A stretch of DNA of 64,000 bases from Eledone cirrhosa (taxonomy: Eukaryota): positions 13,578,001 to 13,642,000 of the forward strand of contig OZ024754.1 of NCBI GenBank assembly GCA_964016885.1. The letters are read 5' to 3'. The notes below the pieces were generated by a model. The model saw only the letters and a list, made by a program, of their open reading frames with translations, was not told the DNA's origin and searched no databases. The first letter of the stretch is position 1, and each line of letters starts with the position of its first letter. A program made the translations under genes and the position numbers. Shown here piece by piece: positions 27,576 through 40,684 of this stretch.

Positions 27576-27639
27576 TTATATATATATAGAGAGAGACAGA
27601 GACAGAGTGAGAATGAAATATATATATATACATATTATT

Positions 27640-27822
27640 ATGGCAGTATCGATAGAGGGTCGGACGCCATGCTTTGCAGCAAAGAGTTACGGCCCTTTAT
27701 GGTCTGAGTTCAAATCCCGCCGAGGTTAACTTTCCCTTTCATCCTTACGGGGGTCGATAGAATAAAGTACCAGTAATGTACTGGGATAATTGCTGGCCTT
27801 GTGCCAAAAGTAGAAATAATTA
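27640..27822 (+). mobile_element. Family-1 SINE
   Basis: TGGCAGTATCG..GAGTTCAAATCC..AGTAGAAATAATT. Confidence 0.9.
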
Positions 27823-27839
27823 TATTTCATTCTCTCACC

Positions 27840-27885
<46 letters not shown>

Positions 27886-28124
27886 CTCCCTCTTTCTCTT
27901 CATCTCTCTCCACCTCTCTCCCTCCATCTCCCTCCCTCCCTCCTCTCAGTCTCTCTCTCTCCACCTCCCTCCCTCTCTCTCTCTCCACCTCTCTCCCCCT
28001 CTTTCCTTCTCTCTCTCTTGACAAATTAAACTTTATTTATTAGTAATAAATATTCATAAAGAGATGTGACTGTTTACGTTGTGTAGAGTGGATAAATATA
28101 TAACTGTCTCAATACTAGAAAACC

Positions 28125-28512
28125 TTACCACCACCACCCCCACTACCATCATCACCCACCACCATCACCCCCACCACCATCACCACCACCAACACTACCA
28201 ACACCATTAACACCGCCATCACCCCCACAACCATCACCACCATCACCACCACCACCATCACCACCACCATCACCACCACCACCATCACCGCCACCAACAC
28301 TACCACCACCATCACCACCACCATCACCCCCACAACCATCACCACCACCACCATCACCACCACCACCACCACAACCATCACCACCAACACTACCACCACC
28401 ATCACCCCTACCACCACCACCACCACCACCACCATCACCACCACCACCACCACCACCACCACCACCACCACCACCACCACCACCATCACCACCACCACCA
28501 CAACCAGCACCA
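28125..28512. repeat. (ACC/ATC)n trinucleotide repeat
   Basis: Direct reading. Confidence 0.9.
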
Positions 28513-28695
28513 TCCTACCAATGTGGTAATATGAACCACCGGAATTATGAATTAAATAATTGATAAAATAGGTTTTGGTTACAATTTTATTATTTATTTG
28601 TTTTGGATTGTTTAGCTCTTTTGTTGTTGTTGTTTCGTTTGAAAATAAGATGTCCGTCAATCATGGAAGGAAAGATTATATATTCTTCTTCTCAA

Positions 28696-29030
28696 TTGGC
28701 AGTATCAGTAGAGGGTATGACGCCATGTTTTACACCATAGAGTTACGTCCTTTTACGGTCTGAGTTCAAATCCCGCCGAAGTTAACTTTGCCTTTCATTG
28801 TTACGGGGTCGATAAAATAAAGTACCAGTAATGTACTGGGATAATTGCTGGCCTTTTGCCAAAAGTAGAAATAATTATTAAGACATTTATTCCTCCCTCG
28901 CTTGCAAAGAAGGAAATAAATAATTGTTTCTACTTTTGCCACAAGGCCAGCAATTATCCCAGTACATTACTGGTACTTTATTTTATCGACCCCCGTAAGG
29001 GTGAAAGGCAAAGTTAACCTCGGCGGGAAA
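28696..29030. mobile_element. Family-1 SINE (+, 28696-28880) followed by an inverted partial copy (-, 28918-29030)
   Basis: Tail-to-tail arrangement separated by ~38 bp. Confidence 0.85.
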
Positions 29031-29329
29031 TAAATAATATTGGGGCTTCAGCATGGATTATTGCCTAAACCAATCGTCGGCAAATTAGGGACCACGACCC
29101 ACATTAGGTTCGTTTGGGTTTCTAAAAGACACACCACAGCCAGATCTGCCCTTCTTTACCTTTTCTCCCTTGTTTTTTCATTAATTAATTTTTGTTTTCA
29201 TCTTTCTTTTTAATATTTCCATCATTGTATAACTTCTGTTTGTGAAGAATTGTTGGCCTTGGGCCTAAATCAGAAACCATTGTCATTAATCATAAAAGGA
29301 CGCCATGTACAAAAACAGACTTGTCAAAA

Positions 29330-30168
29330 GGTGGGGGTCAATGACATTTCATCCGGTTCTTTAGATTCCGAGTTCGAATCCTACCGATAAAATAAAGTAC
29401 CAGTGATGAACTGGGGCCGATTTCATTGACTTTCACCTCCCCTCGAACACTGTTGGCCCTCTATTTAAAATTAGAAACCCAAATCCCGCCAAGTATAGCT
29501 TTGCCTTTCATCTTTACGGGGTCGATAAATAAAGTACCAGTGATGAACTAGGGTCGATTTCATTGACTTTCACCTCCCCTCAAACACTGTTGGCCTTCTA
29601 TTTAAAATTAGAAACCCAAATCCCGCCAAGTATAGCTTTGCCTTTCATCTTTACGGGGTCGATAAATAAAGTACCAGTGATGAACTGGTGTCGGTTTCAT
29701 TGACTTTCACCTCCCCTCAAACACTGTTGGCCTTCTATCTAAAATTAGAAACCCAAATCCCGCCAAGTGTAGCTTTGCCTTTCATCTTTACGGGGTCGAT
29801 AAATAAAGTACCAGTGATGAACTGGTGTCGATTTCATCGACTTTTACCTCCCCTCAAACACTGTTGGCCTTCTATTTAAAATTAGAAACCCAAATCCCGC
29901 CAAGTATAGCTTTGCCTTTCATCTTTACGGGGTCGATAAATAAAGTACCAGTGATGAACTAGGGTCGATTTCATTGACTTTCACCTCCCCTCAAACACTG
30001 TTGGCCTTCTATCTAAAATTAGAAACCCAAATCCAGCCGAGGTTAGCTTTGCCTTTCATCCTTATGGGGTCGATAAAATAAAGCACCAGTAAGGTTCTGG
30101 GGTCGATTTAATCGACTTTCTCCTCCCTCAAAATTGCTGGCCTTGCGCCTATACTAGAAACCATTATT
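29330..30168 (+). repeat. 137-bp tandem array derived from the SINE body/tail
   Basis: AAATCC(C/A)GCC recurs at 29481, 29618, 29755, 29892, 30029. Confidence 0.92.
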
Positions 30169-30743
30169 GTTAATAGTGAAATATATTATAGTTGTTAGTG
30201 TCCGCTTTCATTGTCGTTTTAATTTGATTGTTTGTTTTTTAGTTTTATTTTTGGGGGGTTTTTTATCGAGAATATTTTATGTTGGTGTTTTTCACTATAT
30301 TGCCATGTTTACAATACCAATAAATATTCACAAATTGCTTCATCTCTTGGCAGAATAGATGATATCAATGGAATATATCGTAAAACAACAAAATATACCG
30401 AAATAACAAATAGAAACTGTTAAATCCAGCGTTAAATCCATCGTGGGATTATTTCAAAGACTTATACATAATACGTTTAGTATTGTGTCTTCTTATCTCA
30501 TGTCGTATGAGAAGATAGCGATGTATTGAAAATGGAGGAAGACGGCTTAAGAATGATAAATAAATAAAATGAAACAAAATAAAATATGATAAAATAAAAT
30601 AAAATGAATAAATAAATGAGTAAATAAACATCATCTTCGATATATTTGTTTCTCTGTTTTTCTCTGCCATTCTCCCTCAATTTCATTCATATTAACTAGA
30701 ATATGCTCAATCTCTCTCACCAACTCTTTTCTAGCTTCAGCCA

Positions 30744-30808
<65 letters not shown>

Positions 30809-31149
30809 GATGATATATATATATAAGTTTATCTCGGGTTCAATCGGAGGTAACCACAGTAAGTAAGGTACCCAATACATAGCTTCCTGATGATTTCTCC
30901 CGAATGAAACAGTTCTAGTCCTGCAAAAGTCATCTCTCTCTCTATATATATATTTGTGTGTGTCTGTGAGTCTGTGTGTCTGTGTGTGTGAGTGTGCATG
31001 TGTGTGTCTGTGTGTGCGTGCATGAGTGTGTGTGTCTGTGTTTTCTCCTACCACAAGTTCTCTCTTTCGTCCAATAAGTTGAGTTTGCTCAACGAAACTC
31101 ATATCCTTACCTTTCTTCCTCGTATGGCTTCATTGTAGTATTGATAATA

Positions 31150-31338
31150 ATAAGTGTTTCTACTTTTTGGCACAAGGCCAGCAATTACCCCTAGTGCATT
31201 ACTGGTACTTTATTTTATCGGCTCCCGTAAGTATGGAAGGCAAAGTTAACCTCGTCGGGATTTGAACTCAGACCTTAAAGAGGCGTAACTCTATGCTTAC
31301 AAAGCATGGAGTCCGACCCTCTACCGATACTGCAAACA
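31150..31338 (-). mobile_element. Family-1 SINE
   Basis: Reverse complement of the SINE consensus. Confidence 0.85.
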
Positions 31339-31408
31339 TTAATAATATATTAAAACTCGACCCTCGGACTGAGTGCTCGACATCTTCGATATCTTTACCA
31401 AATTATTA

Positions 31409-31496
<88 letters not shown>

Positions 31497-31662
31497 GGTA
31501 AACAGAAATAACAAAGCAAACGACGCAGTACATTGAAGAAATATATTAGTTTAACGCTTGAAATAACAGGATACACACTCGTGTATAAAATGTATGCACT
31601 CAAGGCATAAAATCCGAAACATTTCACCATTTCACAAACAGGAGATAGATGTATATTCTATA

Positions 31663-32144
31663 GGAGGGTCGACTGAAAAGTTCATAAGTGGACTATGAAG
31701 AAGTGATGCTAGAGCTGTGAAATCTTGCATGCATTAATTCAACTCTTCTTATTAATAACTGCATTGTTTCTTTCCATGGACTATGATGAAAAATAAACCT
31801 CATTTGGTCATTCCACGAGAGTATCTTGCTCTGTCTATGAAGGTGTGATGCTAGAGCTGTGAAATCTTGCATGCATTAATGTCAACACTTCTTATTAATA
31901 ACTGCATGGTTTCTTTCCAGTGACTATGTTGAAAAATATATCTCATTTGGTCATTCCACGAGAGTATCTTGCTCTGCCTATGAAGGTGTGATGCTAGAGC
32001 TGTGAAATCTTGCATGCATTAATTCAACTCTTCTTATTAATAACTGCATTGTTTCTTTCCATGGACTATGATGAAAAATAAACCTCATTTGGTCACTCCA
32101 TGAGAGTATCTTGGTCAGCCTCTGAACTGTTCAGCCAACCCTCC
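31663..32144. mobile_element. Tc1/mariner-type MITE with internal ~120-bp triplication
   Basis: TA|GGAGGGTCGACTGAAAAGTTCA ... TGAACTGTTCAGCCAACCCTCC|TA; interior is the reverse complement of 12804-13196. Confidence 0.8.
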
Positions 32145-32294
32145 TATACTTCAACACTGTGATCTCCAGGGGAGGTAATGCAGTGTGTACGTTCAACAAA
32201 AATAATTATAAAATCCTCCAAAATGGCAGATATATCATGAGACAACAACAAATTACACAACAGAAATAGATGGAGTGATAAAAATTAAGGGACT

Positions 32295-32790
32295 GTATCA
32301 AACAACATAGATTAAGACTATACACAAGAGAAGTATCAAACATAGATTAAGACTATACACATGAGAAGTATCAAACAACATGTAGACTATACACAAGAGA
32401 AGTATCAAACATAGATTAAGACTATACACAAGGGAAGTATCAAACATAGATGGAAACTATGCACAAGAGCAGTATCAAACAACATAGATTAAGACTATAC
32501 ACAAGAGAAGTATCAAACATAGAAGCGGACTATACACAAGAGAAGTATCAAACATAGAATTAGACTATACACAAGAGAAATATAAACAAACATAGAATAA
32601 GACTATACACAATAGAAGTATCAAACATAGATTAAGACTATACACAAGAGAAGTATCAAACAACATAGATGAAAACTATACACAAGAGAAGTATCAAACA
32701 ACATTAGGATTATACACAAGAGAAACATAAACCAACATAGATGGAACTATACACAAGAGAAATATAAACCAACATGAAACAAGTAAATAG
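32295..32790. repeat. ~35-38-bp minisatellite
   Basis: AAACATAGATTAAGACTATACACAAGAGAAGTATC repeated ~13 times. Confidence 0.9.
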
Positions 32791-33766
32791 CAAATCAGAA
32801 ACGTGGTAAACATGTGTTTCCAACAAAAGCCATAAAACAATATAAAAAGTAATTAGCAATATCAAACATTCTATCAACAGTTCCCACATCACAATAACAG
32901 CTTCCGATAACAGCAACATTCCAAACTCAACAAAACACACTTCTCAGAATCTTTTCCAAAAATCGATCGCACATAACATCACAAAGACAGAAACACAAAA
33001 CGCAAGATATACATCTGTCACCACGACCATACTTCTGACATTTTTCTTCCCTTTAAAAGCAATAAGGGAAACTCAAAACTTCAGAGCCTGACAAAATTAT
33101 AAAGATCCACATAAAACTATTTACATCCACCAACATCTTCTACTACACATTAAAACACTGCCAAATTCCAAAAATTTCGAAACTGAGTAAAATTATCACA
33201 AATCCCAAAACCTAACAAAATATTCCACAGAGCCACACAGACGCTCATCAATCATCGAAACATATTCTTCTTTAAAACTCGTCTTTCGCATCATCAATAC
33301 ACGTTTTCCTCCTCCTCCATTTTACAACAAAGATTTATACCACCATATTCAGCCGTCATACTACTCACATATAATATATAATTGCTTCAACAACAATAAA
33401 ACACCTCCACACACATTATTCTAACTCCTATCAAACAACATAAACAAAGTATATGACTCCGCTCGATACACGATACCTATGATAAACATGGTATACGTGA
33501 TAAACATGGTATACGTGATAAATATGATACATGTGATAAACATGGTAAACATGGTAAACCAATGTTTAACGTCCCAAAGGAACAACACAGAATGATGGCA
33601 AGCAAACCATAAATTGAAGTGGAAACCAACAGGCGTGTGTGAGGTTTTATAGGCAGCATGACTCTCCCAAACTATAACAATATCTGTTTCAACACACGTT
33701 TTCAGATAAGAAATCTTGCAAAACAAATACAAAAACGATATATATATATATATAGAAAAATGTTTA

Positions 33767-33884
33767 ACCCCGACGGCAGAGCTCAAGCCGTTTCGATGGC
33801 TATTTCTGAACTGAAATAGCCGTCGAAAGTATTGAGTACTCTGCTGCGTTATGGTCCATCTGGTTCCTTACCACACCTCCTTCG

Positions 33885-33936
<52 letters not shown>

Positions 33937-34134
33937 CGAATGAGATGTGGTAAGGAACCAGGTGGACCATAACGCACCAAAGTACTCAATACTTGAGGTA
34001 GTAGAGTGGGTAATAGGAACCAGTAAGACCCCGACAGCTGAGCTCAAGCCGTTTCGACGGCTAATTCTGGACGCATAATGTCCAGAATTAGCCGTCGAAA
34101 CGGCTTGAGCTCAGCTGTCGGGGTCTTACTGGTT

Positions 34135-34139
<5 letters not shown>
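33767..34139. mobile_element. Two copies of a (TA)n-associated family (family B), incl. perfect 60-bp-arm hairpin 34013-34139
   Basis: CGAC(G/A)GCTGAGCTCAAGCCGTTTCGACGGCTAATTCTG motif; other members at 34560-34680, 45635-46040, 50297-50447. Confidence 0.8.
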
Positions 34140-34207
<68 letters not shown>

Positions 34208-34329
34208 AGTCTAAGTTTCTACACAAAACGAAGGTTATAGAGAAAAGTGTAAGTTTCTACACAAAACGAAGGTTATTCCATGTGCCATTACCAACGTCAA
34301 TTTTCTATATATATATATATAATAATAAT

Positions 34330-34489
34330 AATAATAATAAATGTGAAGACTAAAATCCAAAAGAGGGCTCGATAAGGATAGATATATATATCAAATATAA
34401 AAGAAACCTAGACCAAATATTTATTAAAATAGCAGATTAAAGTTTAAGCAAAGACTCGCGGCTTTCCCCCTTAACGAGATATTCTGAAA

Positions 34490-34492
<3 letters not shown>
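34330..34492. mobile_element. (TA)n-associated dispersed repeat (family C)
   Basis: AATGTGAAGACTAAAATCCAAA-AGAGGGCTCGATAAGGAT also at 48565-48610 and reversed at 8240-8295 and 54990-55050. Confidence 0.75.
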
Positions 34493-34564
<72 letters not shown>

Positions 34565-34701
34565 AATTCGGAATCCAGACGGCTGAGCTCCGGCGGTTTC
34601 AACAACTAGATCCGAACTCAAGTATCGAGTACTCTGTTGAGTAATGGTCTAACTGGTTTTTACCGCTTCCGTCCCCTCAATCTATCTTATTTCTCATTCT
34701 T

Positions 34702-34737
34702 TCTTCTGACGAAGGAGTAGCGTCCGAAAAGTTAAGA
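34702..34737 (+). ncRNA. Minimal hammerhead ribozyme motif (helix III decayed)
   Basis: TCTT-CTGACGA-AGGA GTAGCG TCC-GAAA-AGT-TA-AGA. Confidence 0.45.
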
Positions 34738-34822
34738 TCCTCTTCCTGCTATATCAAGCGTTAACCTAATATATCCCTTCCATATACTGTACCGGTTGTG
34801 TTGTTATTTCTGTTTACCTTTT

Positions 34823-34974
<152 letters not shown>

Positions 34975-35949
34975 GGTGACTGCCAACTCGTTTTCGAGTA
35001 CGGCCACTACTTTATATCCATGTAGGAGAACCCCTACCGATGTGCTGAACGAATGTGACTTTTTAGTCCAGCCAGCGACTTGAAAACTCTGGTACAAACA
35101 CTACACTTGTGACAATTATTGACACATAGTGCTGGGCCCATGGTACTATGTGACGACAAGTGCAGAGAGATCTCCAGATATAAAGAAATGGCTGCGCCGT
35201 GAAGCTTTTATAGTGAGCAAAGGCACTGTACAAAGCCAGTCTCACTCTCTTAACCAAGATGATATTTACCAAAAAGAAGAACAAGTCAACATCATTGGAT
35301 ACCATCAGAGTTGCAGGTGTTATATCAGAGTTTTCCTTCTCCTAGAATTCTGCCTTGACAAATGCTAAGAGGTCATCTCTCCCGGTGAGTTTGGATGGCC
35401 ATTGACTCTTAAGAGCTCCTTTGCCCTTTGACAGGTTTTGTTTTTAGTCCTGCAGGATGTCCAAAGTCACCCTCCTCACCAAGAAACCTTGGTGGGGTTG
35501 CCAGTTTAGTCGCCAACGATCCGACCATGAGACAGGTTGTACTGGGATACATGTTACCAGTAGCACCAACTGGTGACCTGACATACATACATACATACAT
35601 ACATACATACATACATACATACATGCATACATACATACATACATACATACATACATACATACATACATACATACATACATACATACACACATGGTCAGTC
35701 AACGCCATCAGTCGCATATTTTGGTGTAAGTGGCTATTCATTAAATTTAAATTGAATACTATCGCCGACAATAATGCCACAACTACCAGTCATGTTGAAT
35801 AACTGGATATTCTTCTAACTATATCCACTGAAGACACCTTTTACTCGAATTCGTAGAGATATCCGACTAAATACATGATTCATTTTACAAGGATTTGCTA
35901 CAAACAGCATGGCTGAACACAACATCAACAACATTAAGGAAGTACCGAA

Positions 35950-37490
35950 GAACTGTCATTAAACCCCTTGTCCTTTCTGCCTGTCATTAAACCTCTTGTC
36001 CTTTCTGCTCAAGAAATGGGAAGGATACATCATTGGCTAACAGGAGGACAGAAATACAAACCTAACACTTAATTTCGTTGTGGATGATCTGAAACTCTAT
36101 GCCAAGAACATGGATGAGATGAAGAAAAATCTTGAACTGATTTCAACATGTTCAAAGGCTATAGGAATGGAGTTTGGCCAAGATAAATGCTCATATATGA
36201 CTGTAAAACGGAGAAAAACAACAACCCAATCTAGCAACATTGTCATCAATGGCCTAACTGTTTCACCGATATCTGATGAGGACTGCTACAGACAGATACC
36301 TGGCGATAGATGAGAACATATCCTATAATGGTATCTGTAATAAGGATTGCGTAACCAGGGAATACTACACCCAATTAAGAAAAATATGGTCATCGGAACT
36401 CTCTGCGCACAACAAAACAGTGGCTTACAATGTGTTTGCTGTGCCTGTCCTAACACCAACGTTTGGAATACTCAATTGGACGATAGACGAAATCCGAGCA
36501 ATTGATGTTGGAACTCGAAATATACTGAACACCGGAAACTTCCACATCAACAGTGACATAGACCGCCTTTACTTGAAACGTAAGCAGGGAGGCAGAGGCC
36601 TAACATCAGTCCAGACAACATTTGAATGTCGCATTATATCTCTCCGACAACATCTACGAACCTCGAAGCGTAGGAGCCCGTCTCTCGAGCAAATCTATCT
36701 GCATGAAACAGATAAGATCATGAGAGTTGGGAAGGAACTCCTTGAGAGATATTCCCTATGTGATAATCAAAAACTCACACCCAGGGATGTCGCTCAGCAG
36801 TATCTCAGTGAATCCATGGATGAAAAACTGCATGCCTATCAGCAAAAAATCACGCATGGATATGTTGCTAGGAAGCTCCAGAGTGAGAGTAATATAGATA
36901 AGGAAAGAAGTCTATCTTGGACCAACAACCGCTATATTGGCTCCCACTTTGAAGGATACGCTTTTGCAATCCAGGAACAGGAGATTAACACGAAATACCT
37001 GATTCACAAAAGAGATAGGGATGCAGGCAAAACACCTAGATGTGATAACAAGTGCAGACTATGCAGAACTAACATCGAGGATATCACCAATGTCATCAGC
37101 AGCTGTCCAAAGATGTCGTCGCGGTACTATCTACCTATGAGGCATGATGTAGTGGCCAAAACACTGTACAATGCAATCCGTAGAAAAGATAGCCCTGATA
37201 ATAAACACATTAAAAGCTACAGCAATGTGTAAAACATCCATATACATAATACGAAAGAGTACTGGTGGAATGTCCCAGTAAAAACCCTAATAAAATGCAG
37301 GCATAACAGACCAGATATTATGATATGGGACAGATTTATCCCTGGGGCATTAGGATATGTTAGTAACTGCCTCAATACAAATCTTGAGAAGCCGCGCTTC
37401 ACAGAAACAGAAAGAACACAACTAGTTAGGAAATTACAAGTAGAATCCATTAATGGAACAGTAAAAATATGTAAAACAATCCAAAATTGT
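35950..37490 (+). mobile_element. 5'-truncated R4/Dong-like LINE (RT C-half, CCHC knuckle, partly deleted restriction-like endonuclease)
   Basis: LSLNPLS, VDDLKLYA, IGMEFGQDKC, DRLYLKRKQGGRGL, CRLC..EDITNVISSC..RHDVVA, HNRPDI; ORF 36276-37232. Confidence 0.85.
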
Positions 37491-37751
37491 TGCATCTGCA
37501 TATACACATGTACAGATACGAAGCGTATACACATGCACACATATAACTCAAAACATACACATCTACACATACAATAACATCCATATCTACACATGCAGGC
37601 ATACATACATATCTACCTAGTTGATGTTGTGTAAATTCCAATGAGAGAGTCTTGTGTCTATGTTAGAAACCGACTCTCTCTCTCGATTGGTAAAACTTTG
37701 TGAAATTATAAAACCAGAAGAACATACATACATACATATAAATATATTTGA

Positions 37752-37955
37752 AGGCGCGTGGCTGAGTGGCGAGAGAATTGGATTCGCAATGGTGAGGTTG
37801 TGAGTTCGATTCCTGGACTGGGCGATGCCTTATGTCCTTGAGCAAGACACTTTATTTCATGTTGCTCCATTTACCTGGAGTTGCGAGCGTTAGATAGTAT
37901 TAGCAATTGGAAAAACCAATGGAAACATTGTTTCCTTGGTCTGATTTGACGAAAG
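37752..37955 (+). mobile_element. tRNA-derived SINE, family 2
   Basis: GGCGCGTGGCTGAGTGG (A box), GAGTTCGATTCC (B box), GTCCTTGAGCAAGACACTTTAT; downstream part shared with 12655-12735. Confidence 0.8.
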
Positions 37956-37973
37956 TCGATATATATATATATA

Positions 37974-38247
37974 TTAGAATTGGTGCTCTGAAATAGCGAT
38001 ATATATATGAATGAATATATAGTGTATTTTGCAATACACTGTATGCTTAAGTAAAAGCATTTCGAAGACCTTACGCTATTGTTTTAGAGTAGTGACAGTC
38101 TCACTTACTTTAAATTTTCAGCAAACTCCCCTTTTTGCTGAAAATTTAAAGTAAGTGAGACTGTCACTGCTCTAAAACAATAGCGTAAGGTCTGCGAAAT
38201 GCTTTTAATTAAGCATACAGTGTATTGCAAAATACACTATATATACA

Positions 38248-38255
<8 letters not shown>
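37974..38255. mobile_element. Fold-back element (~120-bp arms, 8-bp loop) between TA tracts
   Basis: 38003-38125 is the reverse complement of 38134-38255. Confidence 0.85.
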
Positions 38256-38319
<64 letters not shown>

Positions 38320-38422
38320 GTGTTTCCGTAGGAAAGGTAAAGGAAAAGAGAGTGCTCTATATGGGCTACAGAGCTTTTTAGTTATGTAATAAACAACATA
38401 ATTATCTTATGTTGTTTATTAC

Positions 38423-38475
<53 letters not shown>

Positions 38476-38853
38476 TCGTGCGCGAAGATCGAACTTTCGA
38501 AACGCTGATGGAATAAATCTATAGATGTGAGATCGCAAGCGCACAAATTACAGCTTGTTACATAATAAGGTTATGTTTCCGTAATAAGAAATTATGTTAC
38601 ATAATAAGGTTATGTTTTGGTAGGGCATAGGTGGGCCATTGTTCTGGCTGAGAGGTGAACTGACTAAGCGAATTTCGTTGAAATCTGCGGTGGCTAATGG
38701 TCAACTTCCTTCGGACATGCGCTTGCGCAGACCGGTGGGGGTGTATTGGTACTCACAAGGGAGCGGATGAAAAACCCAAAAGCACGAACTTCATCCATTC
38801 CCATGTCGATTCAATTTGGATTGCCTCGGAAACATAACCTTATTATGTAACAA

Positions 38854-38927
38854 GCTGTCTGATGATGACACGACACTCGCACACAGAACAGTGTGGCCAG
38901 TGTCGTCATTGAAATATATATCACAGC
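38854..38927 (+). ncRNA. Type I hammerhead ribozyme motif with long helix II
   Basis: GCTGT-CTGATGA-TGACACGACACT..AGTGTCGTCATT-GAAA-TATATA-TC-ACAGC. Confidence 0.65.
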
Positions 38928-39051
38928 ATTATTATTAAAGGACTTGAACATCTGAAACTACTTTGCTTTTCCTTATTCGATATTTACTCCGTCACTCCTA
39001 TGTGGAAAAAGTACGTTGAGTGCTTGAATTGAATTGCATCAATATTTACCC

Positions 39052-39094
<43 letters not shown>

Positions 39095-39098
<4 letters not shown>

Positions 39099-39246
39099 AT
39101 AAACGTGCTGCGGCGTTGCTAATGGGTTACATATGAATAAAGTAAGTCCTTCATCAGTGATCTTCCAACCATCATTGGTATTTCATCGCTTTAAAGACCA
39201 TATACCTCCGGTTGGTGCGAGCAACGGCTAAAAAAAGTCGTTGGGA
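39095..39246 (-). mobile_element. (TA)n-associated dispersed element; opposite-orientation copy at 48637-48790
   Basis: Shared ~150 bp incl. GCACCAACCGGAGGTATATGGTCTTTAAAGCGATGAAATACC. Confidence 0.75.
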
Positions 39247-39971
39247 CACGTAAATAAAGGGGACAAGAGTGTAAACAACAAAAATGGTGAGCAACGAAAA
39301 GTGAGGAAGAAGAAGTCAAGTCCCAAATTTCTATGAATTTAAATTCGGTGAAATCGTGAACGAGAGAGAATAAAGACCATCAAACCTGGTTGGAATATGC
39401 ACGCGCGTGTGTGTGTATAAAGAAATTCAACTGGATGTCTATCTAAATAATATTGACACGGTATGACCATTCACCAAGCTTCAGACAGTGTATGTATATA
39501 TACATATATATGTGTGTCTATGTGTTTACAACTTTCACTGGCTTTCTCTATTTGAATATCTATAAGCTGTAGTTGACATACTAATCATGTGATTTTTAAA
39601 TTATTTTCTTCGTTTTATTGTTATTTTCGTTTTTGTCAATTCAATTGAAAAACATTGAGTTTATGATTCTAAATTTGTCATTTCGGAGGCTGAGACAGAA
39701 ACGTGTTTGTTAAGATATATTTTCTCTGATCTGTGAATTTGTGAGTTATTTACATTAGACTAGAGAGTGCCTAGTGGGAAAACATGTCTCTAATCTAGAA
39801 CAAACGATAAACTAAAATAACCCTCTTCCCATTGGAGGGGGGGTAAATCGCTAATCTCTGATGTTGTGACTCATTCTAGACCTGCCAACCTCTAAAAACA
39901 CAAACGGGGAGTACCATGAAAAAAAAGTGCGTCGAAACGGGGAGAAATGAGGCAAAATTGGGGAGATTTTA

Positions 39972-40155
39972 AATAATTGTTTCTACTTTTGGCACAAGGC
40001 CAGCAATTATTCCAGTGTATTACTGGTACTTTATTTTATCGACCCCGTAAGGATGAAAGGCAAAATTAACCACGGCGGGATATGAACTCAGGCCATAAAG
40101 GGCCGTAACTCTTTGCTGCAAAGCATGGCGTCCAACCCTCTACCGATACTGCCAA
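39972..40155 (-). mobile_element. Family-1 SINE
   Basis: Reverse complement of the SINE consensus. Confidence 0.9.
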
Positions 40156-40684
40156 GAAAGTTATACCCATTTTCACGAAAGAAGACATCTCGCACCGACC
40201 CCAAAGTGGGTGGGTGATCTCCCCGTCGGACGGTGAAGGTTAACAGGTATGCTGACTCTCTGCAACCCACTTTTGTCTCTTCGCCCACAAACCCGGGTAA
40301 CGCCACCCGCAATGCAGAGTAGAAGAAGGTAAACAAGTACCAAGGCTTCTTTTTCATAAGTGTCGCATTCAACGCCTCTGGTGAGTTCGATCCCCCTGCT
40401 GCCGACAGCAGGTAGCCCGTCTGAAGGAGGAGTACCGTTTGGTGGGGGTGGCTGGTGCCGCGGGTATCACTGGCCATTGCCTGTGCCAATGTTTTCGCCA
40501 TTCTCTGCAGAGGAAGGCCGAATCGCTGCTCAGGCTGGGGTGGGAAGTCTGCCCCCTCCTCCTCTCCCATTCTTTCATTGCTTAATTCTCTTTCTTTATC
40601 TTCTTTCCTTCTCCTTTTTTTTTGGGGGGGGGGGGGGCTTCATTTAAATATTATTATTTTTTAATTGTAGATATATAAAATATC

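Noticed and set aside
30880-30925. CTGATGA..GAAA hammerhead-like motif
   Set aside because: No convincing helix I pairing
31100-31145. Strong minus-strand donor AAG/GTAAGG
   Set aside because: Upstream sequence runs into a SINE tail; no supportable exon
32940-33470. Possible decayed GIY-YIG PLE remnant
   Set aside because: Only vague resemblance; no motif readable with confidence
39877-39970. hAT-like terminus TAGACCTGCCAACC
   Set aside because: No matching second TIR or TSD found
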